From contig MQRK01215477.1 of NCBI GenBank assembly GCA_001938485.1, positions 1 through 55,940 of the forward strand: 55,940 nucleotides of DNA. Direction: 5' to 3'. The translations under genes and the position numbers were made by a program. The notes under the pieces were generated by a model. That model did not search any database, was not told the DNA's origin, and saw nothing but the letters and a program-made list of their open reading frames with translations. This document shows, in pieces, positions 50,844 to 55,940 of the stretch. This DNA comes from Girardia tigrina (lineage: Eukaryota). How positions within the stretch are numbered: position 1 is the stretch's first letter; the number at the start of each line of letters is the position of its first letter.

Positions 50844-51639
50844 ACTAAAAAAGTGCACAAGTTTTAAAACCATCATAACTTTTTAATTGGACCTTCAAAT
50901 TGACGGAAATCTGAACAAAGACTAGATCATAATAGCACAATAACTATTTTATTATATCAAACTATTAAGGCCATAAGAGTTGGCAAGCATTATTTTTTGT
51001 CTAAAATTTGCAAATAATGTCCTAAAATATAAATTGTTAAACTGCTTTGCTTTAGTTTTGATTCTGAGAATCAACTAGTCCTCAGAATCGGCAGCCCAAC
51101 CATTTTCATACACCTTCTCCTTTAAATGAGCCCAAAACTTTTCAATTGGGCGTATTTGGGGAGCACAAGGTGGATTCGAATCATTTTTGACAAATGGAAT
51201 TTTGTTGTCCTCTAAGCACTTCAGACTTGCTTTGGCGTAGTGACAAGAAGCAAGATCTGGCCAGAAGATGAAGTGACCAGCTGGGTATTTCATATTCAGA
51301 TAAGGAAGCAAACGCTACGTTAAGCACTCGGAGATATAAATATCCGAATTAGAAGCTACAGATTTCCATTTCCTGATGTACAGGTTTGAAATGCCTCGTC
51401 TGGAAACAGTTGCCCAAACCAAAACTTTTACTGTGAAATTGATTATATCTCCATGTCGTTTTGAAATCATTATAATTGTCTCTAAAATAAAACATATTAA
51501 ACCAAAAATTTTAAATACCTGCTTTACTATTTTTAACCTATTAAAACAAATATTTAAATTCCAAATTTACGAAATTAAAATAATATTACATTAAAAAGTT
51601 ATGATTAAAACTTGTACACTTTTTTAGTGGACACACCTT
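50844..51639 (-). mobile_element. DD37E (ITmD37E-like) Tc1-superfamily element, internally deleted
   Basis: FWPDLASCHY...NPPCAPQIRPIEKFW with 37 residues between D and E. Inverted CTAAAAAAGTGyACAAGTTTTAA..CATAACTTTT near both ends. Confidence 0.85.
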
Positions 51640-52027
51640 ATACGAAAATAATTGTTTAAGTGAGTTTTTAGTCGAAAATACCGAGAGCAAGAAACTCAAA
51701 CCTTTCTAACTCTTCATATCAATTCAAAAGGTCTTTCCGAGTATTTAAAATCACATCGTCTAACTTTGTTAATATGTTTTATGACAATCGACTTCGGTTC
51801 TTGAATCGAGTGTCGATTGTCCCTCTACAGATTTGATGTTTTAATGGAAAGAATTATAATTCAGAATTCGTCACGTCTTCACTCATTAAGGTCAGACCTT
51901 TCATTTAATGGTGACTTGACAAATGCGCTAAAAAGGGATTGCATATTTGTTTTTGAAATATAAATTTAATAAATATCAATATAAAAATTAATTTGTTTTA
52001 AAAACTAACAAAATAACTTTAAATATT

Positions 52028-53569
52028 ATGAACATCATTAAGTCGCAGAAAGGAAAGGACTACATGCTTTATGAAGGGTATAGATATCGTTGTGACAGAC
52101 AAAAAGAAGATGGATCATCTTCATGAAGATGTGCCAAACGAGAGTGCTCTGGAAGATTGAGAACAGAAACTAATGAAGCAGAACTGAATATTACTGATCA
52201 TATACATACTCCTGACAATTTAAGAACGAATCTGAAAAAATCCATATCAACTTATCCTTCTTCGCTCCGCATAATCCTTCCAGTATCTTGGCTTTCCTAG
52301 AATACCCGAAGATGAATTTCCTATAATAATTGCATATTCCTAAGAAACTCCTCAGCCTCTTCNNNNNNNNNNNNNNNNNNNNNNNNNNNNNNNNNNNNNN
52401 NTTGTCTGGATCTGTGCTTATGCCATCTTTATTTACCACATGTCCCAAAAACTTAACCTCTTCCCTCAAGAATTTGCATTTCGCCGGTTTTATTTTCAAA
52501 CCTGCCTCTTTAATTTGTTGAGAAACTCTGGTTAATATGTCATAGTGTTCTTCCTCTGTCTTTGTGGCTATCAAGATATCATCTAGGTAGACGGAAGTTC
52601 CCTTATCAATCGGTGCCAGTACTTTCGTCATCAGCTCTTGAAATGTACCTGGTGCCGCAGCAATCCCAAACGGCATTCTTAGGAAGCAAAACTGACCGCT
52701 TTTCGTCGAAAAAGCTGTCTTATTCTGGGATTCCTTCTCCAACTCCACTTGATAATAAGCGTTCCCTAGGTCAATTGTGCTGAAATATTGAGTTCCATGT
52801 AGTCTATCCATCAGCTCGTCCATATTGGGCATTGGAAAGGCTTGTCTCTCTGACACTTGGTTTAGTTGTCTAAAATCCATACAGATCCCATACAGGTACT
52901 TACTATACATGCTTTAATTGACAATCGACCGATTCACTTGATTTATGTACTAATGAAAATACAGTCTGAATATGAACGGATTTTCATGAAGTTGATAGGA
53001 GTAAGATGTTCAATCATACTTACCAGTGTTTTATAGATTTTAAATTAGCATGCATGAATGGATTGTCTCTTGCGTTTCTCAATGTTAAGATATTTGGTTG
53101 TCTATTTCATCTTGGGCTATCTTTGTGGTACCGAATACAGAACTAAGGCATATCTAACCTTTATAATTACAATAGACCATACTGTTTCAAAAATATTTAT
53201 AGTTACTTGGAAGATATCTATATTGATCGCTTGAGACGCAATCAACGTGGTCAACCTCTGTTTAATATCACAATGTGGAATATGCGAGAACCTGCTGCTA
53301 ATAATTCAGTTGAGGGCTGGCATAATGCATTTCAGTCATATGTTGCTTGTCATCATCCAACAATTTACACATTGATTGATCATTTCCGTCGTGAACAGGA
53401 CTTGACAGAGCAAACTTTAAGTCGTATATTTAGTGTAATTTCTACTCCAAAAGCCAGAAAATCTAAGTACCTTCAATTATCTAAAAATCTTGCTGCAATT
53501 ATTACTACTTATAAAAGACGTGAATTTAAGGATTATTTGAACGCAGTAGCTCTTAATATTGACATTTAG
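52028..53569 (+). mobile_element. MULE/Mutator transposase pseudogene (FLYWCH plus MULE), interrupted by a gypsy RT fragment
   Basis: SQKGK..MLYEGYRY......S*RCAKRECSGRL.......DHIH. DFK.A...GCLFHLG.SLWYRIQ. NNSVEGWHNAF....HPTI. Confidence 0.88.
52240..52895 (-). mobile_element. Ty3/gypsy reverse transcriptase fragment
   Basis: CMDFRQLN, FSTIDLGNAYYQV, KTAF, RMPFG, YLDDILI, FLGH, FLGICNYYRKFI. Confidence 0.95.
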
Positions 53570-53689
53570 ATTCTATCTTCTGGCTAATTGTTTAATTGAT
53601 AATAAATTTGTGTTTTTTTATGTTTTGTTCGATTATATTAAATATTGGTATTAAGATTGAAAAAATTATTTTATTTTAAATATTACAAA

Positions 53690-53875
53690 TATATTTTTTA
53701 GCATTAACGAATTCATAATAAAAAAATTTTCAAAAACATTTAATTTATATTTCAAAAATATATTTAGCATTAAGGAATTATAGTACACAATTTTCAAAAA
53801 CATTTATTAAATTTATATTTCAAAAATATTTTTAGCATTAAGGTAGTAATAATATAAAATTTACAAAAACATTTA
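53690..53875. repeat. About 3 tandem copies of a ~65 bp AT-rich unit
   Basis: ATATTTTTAGCATTAA.G...TTTCAAAAACATTTA is repeated. Confidence 0.8.
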
Positions 53876-55680
53876 TGAGAAGTCACTGCAACAACAAAAT
53901 TTATTAAAAAATTCTATCACAGCTAAAACCATTGATTTAAACAAACGAAATTTACGCCACACGCGCTCCTTTCTTTAAGGCACATAGACATTCTCCGATT
54001 GTACATCTTGGAAATCCACTGCATTCTTTGATCACTACACCCGAACAATTGAAATCCCCAAAACGAGCGGGTCTCCAGATTGATCTGCTTGCGCCTCGGG
54101 TGGTCCTTCGATCCCTGGGCATTCCTCCTCGTAGATATGAATATTTCTGCTTCGAATTTGTTCCGACTCGACGGTCTTCTATTTTTCTAGAGACCGTTCA
54201 CTTCGAGACGATCCCGTTGGTACTATCCGTACGTGACTGATGTGGTACGGAATTTCATCAATTTCGATCTGATTGTCACGACCCTTCTGAGTTTAAATAT
54301 TTTTGTTGACTCTTGAGCTCCCAGTGGTTATTAAGGGTCAACCACAACCCAGTATGATTTTATGTATTTATTTGCTTCCTCTGATATTTTTATCTGTGAA
54401 GGGATCGGAAGCCTCTCCATCGCCTGACATCTGACAAACAGTGTAAGGTTTGGAGGGCCATCGGGTTCATTTTAAGTCAGAACGGGCTGTGGGCCCCCGA
54501 CTAGCTCAGCGCCGCTCGGGGCTGATTTTGAGTGATATCTACGATTGGTAACTCTATAAATTCGTGCCTCTCTGATGACGGTTTGTACTAAGGTGACGCG
54601 TCGGATGACAAGAATTTTTTCAACAACCGACGAATCTACGTCTGCATTTTAATCCAATCATCTCGATGATCTATCGGATAGTGAGCGCGCGGTTTGGACA
54701 CCATATTCTGGGAAATTGGGAACGGGAACGGGAAACGACGACGACTAACTTAAGGGCTCGGGACAAATCCGCCAAGCGCTGAATCGAGCAAATCTAAATT
54801 CGGAACTATTTATGTAAATATATTAACAAAATATATAAGACAAATTCTGATAAAATACGTATATTCGATAGATAAAAATAAAATGGACAGTACAAAATTT
54901 ACATTATTTGTAATATTCTCGGTCCGAAGGAAAGTGCGTCTGTTTCGTTAACTATTCTGCGGAATTACTTTCGTGATTCGTCTACTCGTTCTTAAGTTTT
55001 AGATCGTCGTCCTATAGCTGCGTCTCGGATTTATGGTTCGTCCTGTAATTCTTTTGTCTAATATGTTTATATTAGTGTCTGTGTTTTTATGTGTGTGAGT
55101 TCGTAGTTTGTCGGCCGCTGTATATATAGCAGCGTTTTTTTCTAAGCCTTGGACGAAGCCCGTTGGCGTCTTTGATTACTTTTCAGTTTATTTCAACCCT
55201 CACATAGATTGCGATTGAGCTGGCGTCAGAGAATATTACTACCTCCTCGATCGGTAGCACATCCAAATCGCCTCGTACCGATCCTCAGCATTTACCCGCT
55301 CGAATAACTGCATGGCGATTTAGACCACGTACATGTCCACTGAGGCATCCCACTCGGTACCACTGGCCAGCAGTTTGATGACACTACAACCCGGTCTCAA
55401 CCATCTGGTAGTGACTCATTAATTTTCTGGTTCACGCGAAGAGGTTGCGCAGAGTGATGTGCTTCGGCAGTTCTGGAATACTACCGTCCCGCCGCCATTA
55501 GAGATTGCCATTCGTCCCTGTTTTCACCACTAGTCCCAAAACCCCGGCCGCTATCAAATGTCTCCTTGACGATTAACGGATACCTTTGAGGTGTTTAATA
55601 CGATGTCATCGTAGTATGCGTCAGTGTTAGCCTGGACCACCAGGTCGGGCCTTAGCACATGATTCAGCACTTTTTGCATT
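53876..55680 (-). mobile_element. Ty3/gypsy remnant related to 24679-27528: RT/RNaseH (55200-55680), integrase tail (54030-54290), 86-bp 3' LTR; interrupted by an unclassified ~0.9 kb block
   Basis: AYYDDIVL...VLGL...WRRDG...IFSDASSIA. IEIDEIPYHISHVRI...RSIWRPARFGDF. PPT-like AAAGAAAGGAGCGCG, then TGTGGCG...CTTCTCA (53961-53876). Confidence 0.8.
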
Positions 55681-55940
55681 ATTTTCTATTGTTTCCGACA
55701 TAAACGCCTCCCAATTTTGAGATTAGTTCCATACCCAGCAAAATCCCCCCCCGCCTATACATTCCAGGTTGTGCAAGTACCACCCAACCCAGCGCCTGAG
55801 GTCCGTTCACAACGAGCTCTCTATTATCTCTAATACATATTTCATTTATGTTACTATATCAATTTTAACAAATGTAATAACTTATTTTATATAAAATCAA
55901 GACTAAATTATTACAAGATTTATTAACACAACAATACAAC

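Overview
AT-rich eukaryotic genomic DNA from a gapped draft assembly. The 44-48 nt introns, (AT)n microsatellites and dense, diverse mariner load suggest a planarian-type flatworm; this is inference, not verified. About two host genes are visible. One is the 3' part of a nischarin-like LRR gene (+, ~7179-9027). The other is a probable 3-exon orphan gene (+, 44901-50317). There is also a decayed HSP90 N-terminal pseudogene (-, ~24140-24610). The rest is layered transposon debris: at least 7 mariner copies from several subfamilies, Tigger/pogo, Tc1-like and DD37E elements, piggyBac-type elements, a TAA-flanked Harbinger-type element carrying a C2H2 zinc-finger fragment, MULE/Phantom-like elements, Ty3/gypsy elements with very short (~74-92 bp) LTRs, Penelope GIY-YIG remnants with decayed hammerhead-like motifs, and an RTE 3' end. 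I found no rRNA, tRNA or CRISPR feature, and I cannot demonstrate a new biological system. The best leads are: (i) a clustered repeat family with small Cys-containing ORFs behind phase-2 splice acceptors that could act as alternative last exons of the nischarin-like gene; (ii) minimal LTR-PBS-gag junctions; (iii) unexplained GC-richer orphan islands.
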